Positions 9,868 to 17,637 of a stretch of 64,000 bases of DNA are shown here, in pieces (position 1 is the first letter of the stretch; every line of letters starts with the position of its first letter). The notes beneath the pieces are model-generated. The model saw only the letters and a program-made list of their open reading frames with translations. It was not told the origin of the DNA and searched no databases. This stretch comes from an uncultured delta proteobacterium (GTDB lineage: Bacteria > Desulfobacterota > WTBG01 > CAIYCZ01). Made by a program: the position numbers and the translations under genes. The stretch spans positions 8,486 through 72,485 of the forward strand of contig CAWDOY010000012.1 in the NCBI GenBank assembly GCA_963803975.1. The letters are read 5' to 3'.

Positions 9868-11355
9868 CTAATAACCTTCAATAAAGCCAATGTTAGGATT
9901 CATGATATTCGCCGGGTCAACAGCCTGCTTGAGCTTCTTTGCAGCTTCGTAAAAGTTACCCGTTATATTACAGGTAAGCGGGTCCCTGCCCACGGTCCAA
10001 AGCCCTCCCCCCATCAGCCAGGGAACTGCACCCATATTGTGAATAACCTCCCATACACCCTTCACATGGTCGGGACTGGTATGGTCAAAGGCAAAAATGT
10101 ACTCTGCAATGACATAGTGCCCCCACTGGTAGGTATACAACTGTGCACCGCTGGCAATCTCTCCGAAACCGGGTTCAGGATAGTCCATATAGGCCTTGAC
10201 CTTCTGCGTGCCTTCCTCACATAATCTTACATACTCGGGTACCTGGTCCACTGACAAATACCCCATGTTGCTCATAATCATCCCCAGATGCCGCATCAGG
10301 CGCGGGCTGTTAGACTGACCCCAGCCCTTGATATTCTGCTCATGGCCACGGTACACTTCCACCAGTTCTGGCGGCGCAATGCGTCCGCCGTGCTTTCTGA
10401 TGATCTTTTCTGCAAGCTTCGCCTGATAATCTACCGCTCGCACTGTCCCTTCTACCCCCATTCCCAACATGTACTTGGGTGAAGCCTTGGCAAGGCGTAT
10501 CCCCTCTGAGCGCGTCTCTGCCGAATAAGCAGCCTGTGTCCAGGCTGGCATCACAAACAATCCCCTTCCGATGTCTTTATGCAGCAGTTCAATTAAGCAA
10601 TCTGTTGGCGTGTTAAAATCCTCAAAATATGCCCAGATGCTCTTGTATGCATCAGGATATGGATGCAGGCTCCACGTGATTCGGGTGCAAACCCCCAGTG
10701 ATCCCAGAGCAAAAAACGGGAAATATGTCATTGTCGGCCCGGGGCCCTGCATCCAGTGATTGACTCCAAAGATATTGGCTCCTGAAGAAGTGTTAAAAAC
10801 CGTCCCATCCGGAAGTACCATCTCAAGTGAAAGGATATTTTGCAGCCCTACGCCATACTTCAATCCTGCAAACTTATTGATTCCCTGAAAGATATTGGTG
10901 GCATTATTGAGAGAGGGGCCAGGCGCCCCGGTAAAGTAGGGTCGCCACCGGAAGTTCTCCTCTTCCACCAGCTGTTTGAAATACCCCGTCAGCGTTGTCA
11001 CAAATACCCCGGCCTCTACCGTTACGGTCAGGTTCTCGCGGTCCAGATGGATACCCCTCATCCGCTTCATGTCGATCATGATCCCGCCGGTAACCGGGAT
11101 GGAGCCGGCAAGAACTGCGGCTCCGCCGCCAATGAGGTGCACCGGGATGTTATACTGATTGGCGATGCGCAGCACATTCTGCACATCAGGGGTTGACCCC
11201 GGCAGCACCACGATATCAGGCAGTCTTTCCGGGTATACTTTCAAACTGTCAGTAAATAAGTCCCGCGAGTAGGGAATACAGTCAATGGGTTCATTCGACA
11301 CATATTCTTTTCCCAGGATATCTTCGAGCTTCTTTTTTATTTCACTCAGCATCAC
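9868..11355 (-). CDS. FAD-binding oxidoreductase (GlcD/VAO-PCMH family)
   Basis: PDIVVLPGST, LIGGGA, IMIDMKRM, VTVEAGV, LEMVLPDG, KQAVDPANIMNP. Confidence 0.9.
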   Translation of the reverse strand: MMLSEIKKKLEDILGKEYVSNEPIDCIPYSRDLFTDSLKVYPERLPDIVVLPGSTPDVQNVLRIANQYNIPVHLIGGGAAVLAGSIPVTGGIMIDMKRMRGIHLDRENLTVTVEAGVFVTTLTGYFKQLVEEENFRWRPYFTGAPGPSLNNATNIFQGINKFAGLKYGVGLQNILSLEMVLPDGTVFNTSSGANIFGVNHWMQGPGPTMTYFPFFALGSLGVCTRITWSLHPYPDAYKSIWAYFEDFNTPTDCLIELLHKDIGRGLFVMPAWTQAAYSAETRSEGIRLAKASPKYMLGMGVEGTVRAVDYQAKLAEKIIRKHGGRIAPPELVEVYRGHEQNIKGWGQSNSPRLMRHLGMIMSNMGYLSVDQVPEYVRLCEEGTQKVKAYMDYPEPGFGEIASGAQLYTYQWGHYVIAEYIFAFDHTSPDHVKGVWEVIHNMGAVPWLMGGGLWTVGRDPLTCNITGNFYEAAKKLKQAVDPANIMNPNIGFIEGY

Positions 11356-12595
11356 GTCCGCCCCTTTTCTTTCTTTCCGTTTCGCCGAAAACCGACTGGC
11401 TCAGAAGTTTCACCACGTCCACGAGCTCAAGCTTTGATCCCGAGGTGCTGATAAAATCAAGAAAGTTCTGGGCGCAGAACGGGCATGAGGTGGCCAGATA
11501 CGAGGCGCCGCTGGCCTCGGCCTCCTTCACGCGCCGGCTGGCTGTGGCCATGGCGAATTCAAGCTTCCCGGTCCGCGCGCCGCCGCCTCCGCCGCAGCAG
11601 AAGGAGTATTCCCGGATGCGCTTCATCTCGTTCAGCTTGATGCCGGGGATCGCTTTCAGGATATTTCGCGGCGGGTCAAAAATCTTACTGTGCCTGCCGA
11701 GATGACAGGGGTCATGATAGGTAACGGTCATGTTGACCGGGTGCTTGGGCACCAGCTTTTTCTGTCCCACTAAATCTGCAAGCATGACCACCGCGTGCTT
11801 GACCTCGAAGTTGCACGCGCCCAGCTGCGGGTAGACATTTTTGATGGTATTGAAACAGCCGGAGCAGGGGGTGACGATGGTCTTGATGCCGGAGGCGTTA
11901 AATGCCTGGATGTTGTCCGAGGCGTACTTCTCCAGCACATTAACATAGCCCAGGTTAAAGGCGGTGGAGCCGCAGCACTTCTCCTCGTTGCCCAGTATGC
12001 CGAAATCAACCCCAGCCGCGTTCAGCAGCCGAGCGATGTTCTGGATATTTTCCGTGATGCGCGGGTCATAGGCATAGGTGCAACCCGGATAGAACAGGAC
12101 TTCAGCCTTTTCCTTGCCCTTGGAGAGGTCCTTGAGTTTAAAGTCAAGGCCGCGGGTCCAGGAGGTGCGGCGCGCGCGGGGCTGGCCCCAGGGGTTGTCG
12201 TAGGCTTCAAGGTTCTGGATTATGACGCGCTGCGCGGGAAGCGGTCCCACGCCTGCCTCGACCGCCTTGGAGCGCATCCAGCGGATAATGTCAGTTGGTT
12301 TCAGCACATTGGTGCGCTCGCAGGTGTACTGGCAGAAGCCGCAGGTGGTGCAGGAGTAAATGGCGTCGACCACCCGGTCAGACCACTGCAGCTGTCCGCG
12401 CTGCAGGGCAAGAGCAGCGTAGTTGCGCCCTGACGGGTAATAGGATTCAAAAAAGTAGTTGGTCCCCGACGGGCACTGCAGTCCGGTCTCATCGCCCATG
12501 ATCTGCTCCGCGTGCACGGTCCTGCAGGTGCCGCAGCGGGCGCAGAATGAAGCCTTCTTGAACATCTCTTCATCGAATTCAAATTTATATTTCAT
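11342..12595 (-). CDS. Fe-S oxidoreductase with CCG domains (GlcF/HdrD-like)
   Basis: CARCGTC, CTTCGFCQYTC, YPGC, EEKCCGS, YHDPCHLGR, FCCGGGGG, TSCPFC. Confidence 0.9.
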   Translation of the reverse strand: MKYKFEFDEEMFKKASFCARCGTCRTVHAEQIMGDETGLQCPSGTNYFFESYYPSGRNYAALALQRGQLQWSDRVVDAIYSCTTCGFCQYTCERTNVLKPTDIIRWMRSKAVEAGVGPLPAQRVIIQNLEAYDNPWGQPRARRTSWTRGLDFKLKDLSKGKEKAEVLFYPGCTYAYDPRITENIQNIARLLNAAGVDFGILGNEEKCCGSTAFNLGYVNVLEKYASDNIQAFNASGIKTIVTPCSGCFNTIKNVYPQLGACNFEVKHAVVMLADLVGQKKLVPKHPVNMTVTYHDPCHLGRHSKIFDPPRNILKAIPGIKLNEMKRIREYSFCCGGGGGARTGKLEFAMATASRRVKEAEASGASYLATSCPFCAQNFLDFISTSGSKLELVDVVKLLSQSVFGETERKKRGGRDAE

Positions 12596-12602
12596 ATTTA
12601 TT

Positions 12603-14039
12603 TTACCGTAGAGCCAGTTTCCCTGGATTCATAATGTTATTGGGATCATAGAGATCTTTCAGTAATTTTATTTTTCGGTGATATGCCCCCATCCTGGAAT
12701 ATACCGATTCGGCCCACATGGGGTACGGGCGTGGAAAGAACCCCCCGGCTCTTATCAATGTTTCGCTCATGTGCTTGAATCGCTGTTTTGCTTTTTGGGT
12801 CTGCTGTTCATCAGAGGGGTCATAATACACACTGGGCTCAAAGTAGTAACTCCCGCCAAAATTAAGCGGCATTATCATCCACCCGAGATCTTCCTCACCA
12901 CTGCCGTTGGTGCCAGCAGCCTGCATGGTAAGCTTGTAAAAAGTCCGCAGCTGGGAGTTCGATGCCATACAGGCGATGTAGGCGCATCCCCCTCGATAGC
13001 GCCGCTGGTTGAGCATACCGCGTGGACTGTCTATCTCTGCCATCATCCGGGCTTCTAAATCAGCTTTAACAGCCAAACCCTTAGCCAGGGATTTGAGGTT
13101 GAATTTCTTCAGCACATCCGCCATGTCAAGATTTTTATACGCAACCTCTTCTTCATCGTTTCCGGAGAGCCCGATCACCGCTGTCCACGCAGGGAGCGCT
13201 TTTTCAAGTTCATCAATTTCCTGTTTATCTTTTGCCAGAAGGCAGGAAAGATAGCGGCTGTTTGCGACAAAAAATTCATCGTTAGCCTCCTGCCGCATAA
13301 GGGCAGAACAAAGCTCCGGGAGAATGTCGATGCTATCAAGTTCGATAAAAAGATAGTTCCGGTTCGCAACTATATTTTTCAGCGTTACCGCTGCTTTTAC
13401 TGCAATACCCAGCGTGCCTTGCGCGCCAAAAAAAAGCCTGTTTATGACTGCAAAATTGGTCGCCCAGTGATACGGGCGATCCGAGTTTTGCATCGCCATT
13501 TGGCCTGTTCCCATCAACTCCCCTGTGGGAAGTATCATTTTAAGACTCAGCGTCTCCCAGGTCTTGTAGCGCGGCCACAGGTAGAGTGGCGTGTTCTCCA
13601 GATACGTGGTTAAAACCGATGCTTCTGCCGGTATGCCTACCGGCGTCATTGGCCTTAACCCGGCTTTTTTTGCCTCAAAAGACAACTGAGTAAAAGTTAC
13701 TCCGGGCTCGATAATTGCGTTTCGCGCAACTCTATCTATCAAGTCTATTCTATTCAATCGGCGCAAATCCACGGTTATCCCGCGCTCAGTTGGAATGTGC
13801 GCTCCCTGATAAGTCGTGCCAGAACTGAACGGAAACAATGCTACCTTTTCACGGTTTGCCAGTCGCACGACAGCCTGTATCTCTTCAGCCTCTCCGGGGC
13901 GTACTGCGCACAGCGGTCTCATGGGCTTTACGAAACTGCCGTCCTCGCTATATATCTCAAGTTCCCGCGAATCAGTTATCACATGGTCTGATCCGACTAT
14001 CTCCTGCAGTGTTTCAATAATATACTTTGCATCTGCCAT
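12603..14039 (-). CDS. FAD-binding oxidoreductase (GlcD/VAO-PCMH family)
   Basis: PLCAVRPG, PFSSG, ITVDLRRLN, IIEPGVTF, GAQGTLGI, KDLYDPNNIMNPGKL. Confidence 0.9.
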   Translation of the reverse strand: MADAKYIIETLQEIVGSDHVITDSRELEIYSEDGSFVKPMRPLCAVRPGEAEEIQAVVRLANREKVALFPFSSGTTYQGAHIPTERGITVDLRRLNRIDLIDRVARNAIIEPGVTFTQLSFEAKKAGLRPMTPVGIPAEASVLTTYLENTPLYLWPRYKTWETLSLKMILPTGELMGTGQMAMQNSDRPYHWATNFAVINRLFFGAQGTLGIAVKAAVTLKNIVANRNYLFIELDSIDILPELCSALMRQEANDEFFVANSRYLSCLLAKDKQEIDELEKALPAWTAVIGLSGNDEEEVAYKNLDMADVLKKFNLKSLAKGLAVKADLEARMMAEIDSPRGMLNQRRYRGGCAYIACMASNSQLRTFYKLTMQAAGTNGSGEEDLGWMIMPLNFGGSYYFEPSVYYDPSDEQQTQKAKQRFKHMSETLIRAGGFFPRPYPMWAESVYSRMGAYHRKIKLLKDLYDPNNIMNPGKLALR

Positions 14040-14045
14040 TAATCA

Positions 14046-14465
14046 TCACTCCATCTGCAGCACAAGTTCTTGTATGTCTGGATTTTTTGTTGTCATCTCA
14101 CTGGCCAGCAGCAGCATCTCTATGATTGTCGCGCCGTTCCAGTGGGTGAAGTGTGGCGTGTCAAAGGTCAGCTCTGCTTCAGGGTCGAGCATGCTGTACA
14201 AAAGCTGGTGCTTTCGCTGTATCACTTCCGAAAAAATCCTGTTCGGCATCTTCCAGCGAAGCAGCGGCTTCTCCGCTGCACCTGTGCTTACTTTAAATTT
14301 TCCTTCTTTCACGTCCACCTTGTATGGCGGCTGGTTGCCAACGATCAGTTCGATTGCTGTTCTTCCTTCTACAGTCGAGTAGTAACTTTTGTTGCGCTCC
14401 TGAAGTTCTTCGTCTGCATTGAGTACGTGCTCCCAATTGCGCATTATCTTGGCAAATCGGTCCAT
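14046..14465 (-). CDS. SCP2 (sterol carrier protein-2)-like lipid-binding protein
   Basis: 139 aa; YKVDVKEGKFKVSTGAAEKPLLRWKM resembles the SCP2 fold pattern; first gene of the operon. Confidence 0.6.
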   Translation of the reverse strand: MDRFAKIMRNWEHVLNADEELQERNKSYYSTVEGRTAIELIVGNQPPYKVDVKEGKFKVSTGAAEKPLLRWKMPNRIFSEVIQRKHQLLYSMLDPEAELTFDTPHFTHWNGATIIEMLLLASEMTTKNPDIQELVLQME

Positions 14466-14584
14466 TTATTTCCTGCTCCTCATCACACAATAAGCAGCTG
14501 CATTTGTTAACCCCATGCCACAGCTGATCATGAATGCTAAATCAAAATTGGGGTTTAACATATCATTATTTTAGCAATTAAAAT

Positions 14585-14799
14585 TGACTACAGTCTATAC
14601 TATTGCTGACTGCAGTCGAAATTAGTTTTGACTTATTATAGCTAACAATTTATGTCAAGCCATTTTTTAAAAATAATCGCAAAACAATAGTCACGTTTTA
14701 TAATTAGCTGATATACAATCATTTTTTATGATTTTTTCATTGCCTGTATTTAACTAAAATTACTGACTGGAGTCGATAAATTAATTGACCACAGTCGAT
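14585..14799. promoter_or_regulatory. Four putative TetR operators, TGACY-NN-AGTC, in two pairs
   Basis: GACTACAGTC (14586), GACTGCAGTC (14608), GACTGGAGTC (14765), GACCACAGTC (14787); 22-bp spacing within each pair; in the AT-rich divergent intergenic region. Confidence 0.75.
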
Positions 14800-14890
14800 A
14801 TGTTAGTCATCATAATTAAAATTTGTGCTTGACTTTAAAAAAATGCTATGCAACATTTTATTGCAAATTAACAACAGCTTGGCGTACGCA

Positions 14891-15655
14891 ATGCAGTCAG
14901 AAACAAAACAGATAACACGAAAACAAATGTTACAGAAAAGGATGGAGGACCGTAAACGACTGCTAAAGGAGAAGCAGAAAAAAATTGGTCGTATGAGGCA
15001 AGTGCAAGGGAATAAAGCGAACCAAATTCTGAAGGAAAAGGAACGGAAGAAAAGACGGATCATGAAAGCGGCGATAGATCTTTTAAATAAGCATGGTCTT
15101 AAAAATACCACTGTTGAAGATATTACGTTAAAAGCTAATGTCGGCAAAGGAACATTTTACAGCTTTTTTAATAAAAGGGAGGATGTTCTTGTCCATTATC
15201 TGAATAGTGGATTAAATGAAAGCATTGAAGAATTTGAGCTGCAGTTCTCCCCTTCAACACCCTTTTTAAGTCAAATCGAACTGCTTTCTTCCTCCTTCAT
15301 GAAACACATTTTTTCAAATAAACACCTTGCAATAATAATGTTTAGGGAAAAATTTATTGCATGGGGTAAAGAGAGTGAAAATGAAATAAAAGTGGAAAGA
15401 GCATTGGAAAGGATTATCGAGAACTCTAAAAACAGAAAGGAAATCGATATTCAAGTTGACACAAAATTCTTGGCTCGAATGCTTCATGGACTTTGCACTA
15501 TGTATATAACATTCTGGCTTAACGGCGCTATTGAATCAAAGAGCATGCTGTTCACTGAAATTAAAAAGGCAATAACGATTATTATGAATGGGGTTCGTTC
15601 GCAACATGAATGTAATTATGCAACCCCCGATACCGGCTTGCCTTCTTTCGGATAA
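14891..15655 (+). CDS. TetR/AcrR family transcriptional regulator
   Basis: IMKAAIDLLNKHGLKNTTVEDITLKANVGKGTFYSFFNKREDV HTH motif. The start is uncertain (ORF track GTG 14825; ATG 14891 or later). Confidence 0.9.
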   Translation: MQSETKQITRKQMLQKRMEDRKRLLKEKQKKIGRMRQVQGNKANQILKEKERKKRRIMKAAIDLLNKHGLKNTTVEDITLKANVGKGTFYSFFNKREDVLVHYLNSGLNESIEEFELQFSPSTPFLSQIELLSSSFMKHIFSNKHLAIIMFREKFIAWGKESENEIKVERALERIIENSKNRKEIDIQVDTKFLARMLHGLCTMYITFWLNGAIESKSMLFTEIKKAITIIMNGVRSQHECNYATPDTGLPSFG

Positions 15656-15893
15656 TTTTCCTGCGTGTTGCATCCATATCAGGGATAAAAGACTTACAAA
15701 CGGCAACAGGCATAAGCACGCATGAATACTGGCGGTGGTGGAGGGATATTTTCTGATCAGGCGGAGCGCTACAGGGCGATGTAAGAGCAGAATGTGCTGT
15801 TTAGAAAACTGGTGTTGGATTTATGGCTTGATAATGCCCCGGTGAGCAAAGGGTATCACCAATAATTCTAACCTGCTAACAGGAGGGAGCGCC

Positions 15894-16394
15894 ATGAAGA
15901 TCTCGGGAAAACTATTATTGTTGCCTGTGTTAACTGTTTTTACATTTTTCCTTACTAACCCCGTTTTTTTCTGTGCTCAAGCGAGCGGCCAGGAAGGGAA
16001 AATCCTGCCTGAAAAGAGAATCCCGGAAGTCAGAATAATTCGTTTTGATCACATTGTTGATACCGCTATTCCTGTCGAAAAAATCAAGGCAGGAACAACG
16101 GTGGTCTGGATCAATGATCTGACGGGTATTATGCTCGAAATTCAATTTACCGGGAAACAGGTCACATTGGCCTGCAAGAGTCCTGTCCATTTTATTGTCG
16201 ATGAAGATGGCATGTTTATATCAAATAAAATTCCGTTTGGCGCAGTGGCAAGTCTTTGCTTTGTTGAAAAAGGAGCATTTGATTACACAGTCAAAAGAAC
16301 AGCCAGTGTAAAAGGAGTCAGCTATGGCTTAGGCCCTAGCGGCTCACGGCAACCGTATTATAAGGATCTGATCGGGAAAATTCTTGTAGAGTAG
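15894..16394 (+). CDS. Secreted hypothetical protein, cupredoxin-like fold
   Basis: RBS AGGAGG; signal peptide; IKAGTTVVWIN and F.EKGAFDYTV resemble cupredoxin strands, but no canonical Cu-ligand set is evident. Confidence 0.5.
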   Translation: MKISGKLLLLPVLTVFTFFLTNPVFFCAQASGQEGKILPEKRIPEVRIIRFDHIVDTAIPVEKIKAGTTVVWINDLTGIMLEIQFTGKQVTLACKSPVHFIVDEDGMFISNKIPFGAVASLCFVEKGAFDYTVKRTASVKGVSYGLGPSGSRQPYYKDLIGKILVE

Positions 16395-16434
16395 CAGTGA
16401 TCAACTTGCAAAATATGGAAATGACAAAAACCAG

Positions 16435-16480
16435 ACTGACTTAATCCGTTTTTTAGACTCGTTTGAGTCAGTTCTTTTTT
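16435..16480 (+). terminator. Probable intrinsic terminator
   Basis: ACTGACTTAA...TTGAGTCAGT stem followed by a T-run. Confidence 0.5.
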
Positions 16481-16522
16481 GTGTGTCCTTTGTGTGTCCT
16501 TTTCTCTGAAATCAGGGACACA
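16479..16522. repeat. Tandem 11-bp direct repeat plus inverted partial copy (possible integrase arm-type sites)
   Basis: TTGTGTGTCCT at 16479-16489 and 16490-16500; GGACACA at 16516-16522; about 100 bp from the tRNA fragment. Confidence 0.5.
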
Positions 16523-16606
16523 GGATTACACAGCGTGCAAAATAAAGCTAAGCAATTTCAAATAATTAAAGGAAAAACAGGTGGCTAGAAAATCTCTTAA
16601 TCTCTT

Positions 16607-16651
16607 CTGTCACGCCGGAGGTCGCGAGTTCGAGCCTCGTCGTCCCCGCCA
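16607..16651 (+). pseudogene. 3' half of tRNA-Asp(GTC), att-site remnant
   Basis: CTGTCACGCCGGAGGTCGCGAGTTCGAGCCTCGTCGTCCCCGCCA: anticodon loop CTGTCAC, T-loop GTTCGAG, CCA end. No 5' acceptor strand or D-arm upstream. Confidence 0.85.
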
Positions 16652-16725
16652 TTTTCTGATAGTAGAACAGGGAGTCAGCCAGTCAGGCTGATTCCCTGTT
16701 TTGCTTCTGCCTCTCTGGAAGTCCC
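16619..16725 (+). repeat. 107-bp direct repeat, left copy (tRNA-Asp 3' end plus terminator)
   Basis: Aligns ungapped with 51503-51609 with 6 mismatches. Confidence 0.95.
16666..16702. terminator. Hairpin terminator downstream of the tRNA fragment
   Basis: AACAGGGAGTCAGCC-AGTCA-GGCTGATTCCCTGTT-TT. Confidence 0.7.
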
Positions 16726-17616
16726 TTTTTTGACGCTCCTGAGAAACTGCTCAAAATGATACCACTCAAGGGGGTGACGGCGGACCATGATTTCGAGCCT
16801 GTCGGCATACTGCTGGGCAGCCTGCTGTACGGCATCATGGCGCTGGCTGCGGGATGCGGGTTTGACTGCGCATGGCGGGAAGAGCGTGCAGTGATAGCTG
16901 TTTTTGCCACAGCGGTTTACAAAAAAGATAATCAGCGGTGCGCCTGAAAGCATGGCAAACAGAAACGGCGCCTCGGGAATGTGGACCTCATGCCCGAGAA
17001 ACCTCACCGCAACCGATCGCTGCGACTGGCTCCACAGCCGGTCACCGGTCATTGAAACAAAACCGCCGTCTTTTAAAAAATTAATTCCTTCCAGCGCATC
17101 AAAGGGCGAGGCTTCATCCTGCTTTGTCGTTATAATTTGAATACCATGCTGCGCAAGGTCCTGCTTCTGCAAGCGTTCTATCTGCTCGCCTTCCTTCTCT
17201 CCGAGATACAGAAGGAGTCGTATGGCAGGGCCATCAGCGCAACCGCCCAGATAGGCAGCGCCAAGCTCCCAGTTGCCCAGATGCGACATGAGCATGATGC
17301 CGCCGGTTCCATCACGCGCAATGTTATCAATATGCTCCCGTCCTTCAGCCGAATAGGTAATGGTTCCCGGCTTCCGCGCAACCCACCGGTCGAGAAAAAC
17401 CGTGGTAAAGTTGTGAAACTGCCGCCAGGCACACCAGAGATGATACGGAAAACCACGGGCGGGGAACAGGGCTTTATAGAAATTGACGCTTATTGCCACC
17501 CGCCGCGGAAACAGGATAAAATAACCCGTGGCCACACACCAGGCCATGGCACTAAAAAACCACGCGCCGGTGAAGGCTGAGATACACATCAGGCAGCGGT
17601 AAAAAAGTTCTTTCAT
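16675..17616 (-). CDS. LpxL-like (lipid A/lysophospholipid) acyltransferase
   Basis: GIMLMSHLGNWELG, VSMTGDR, VRFLGH, HPLEWYHF. The C-terminal tail reads into the att repeat. Confidence 0.85.
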   Translation of the reverse strand: MKELFYRCLMCISAFTGAWFFSAMAWCVATGYFILFPRRVAISVNFYKALFPARGFPYHLWCAWRQFHNFTTVFLDRWVARKPGTITYSAEGREHIDNIARDGTGGIMLMSHLGNWELGAAYLGGCADGPAIRLLLYLGEKEGEQIERLQKQDLAQHGIQIITTKQDEASPFDALEGINFLKDGGFVSMTGDRLWSQSQRSVAVRFLGHEVHIPEAPFLFAMLSGAPLIIFFVNRCGKNSYHCTLFPPCAVKPASRSQRHDAVQQAAQQYADRLEIMVRRHPLEWYHFEQFLRSVKKGTSREAEAKQGISLTG

Positions 17617-17637
17617 GATTCCTTGTGCATAATTTTT

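Noticed and set aside
16580..16651. Intact tRNA-Asp gene
   Set aside because: Only the anticodon loop to CCA is present; upstream sequence cannot form the acceptor or D stems.
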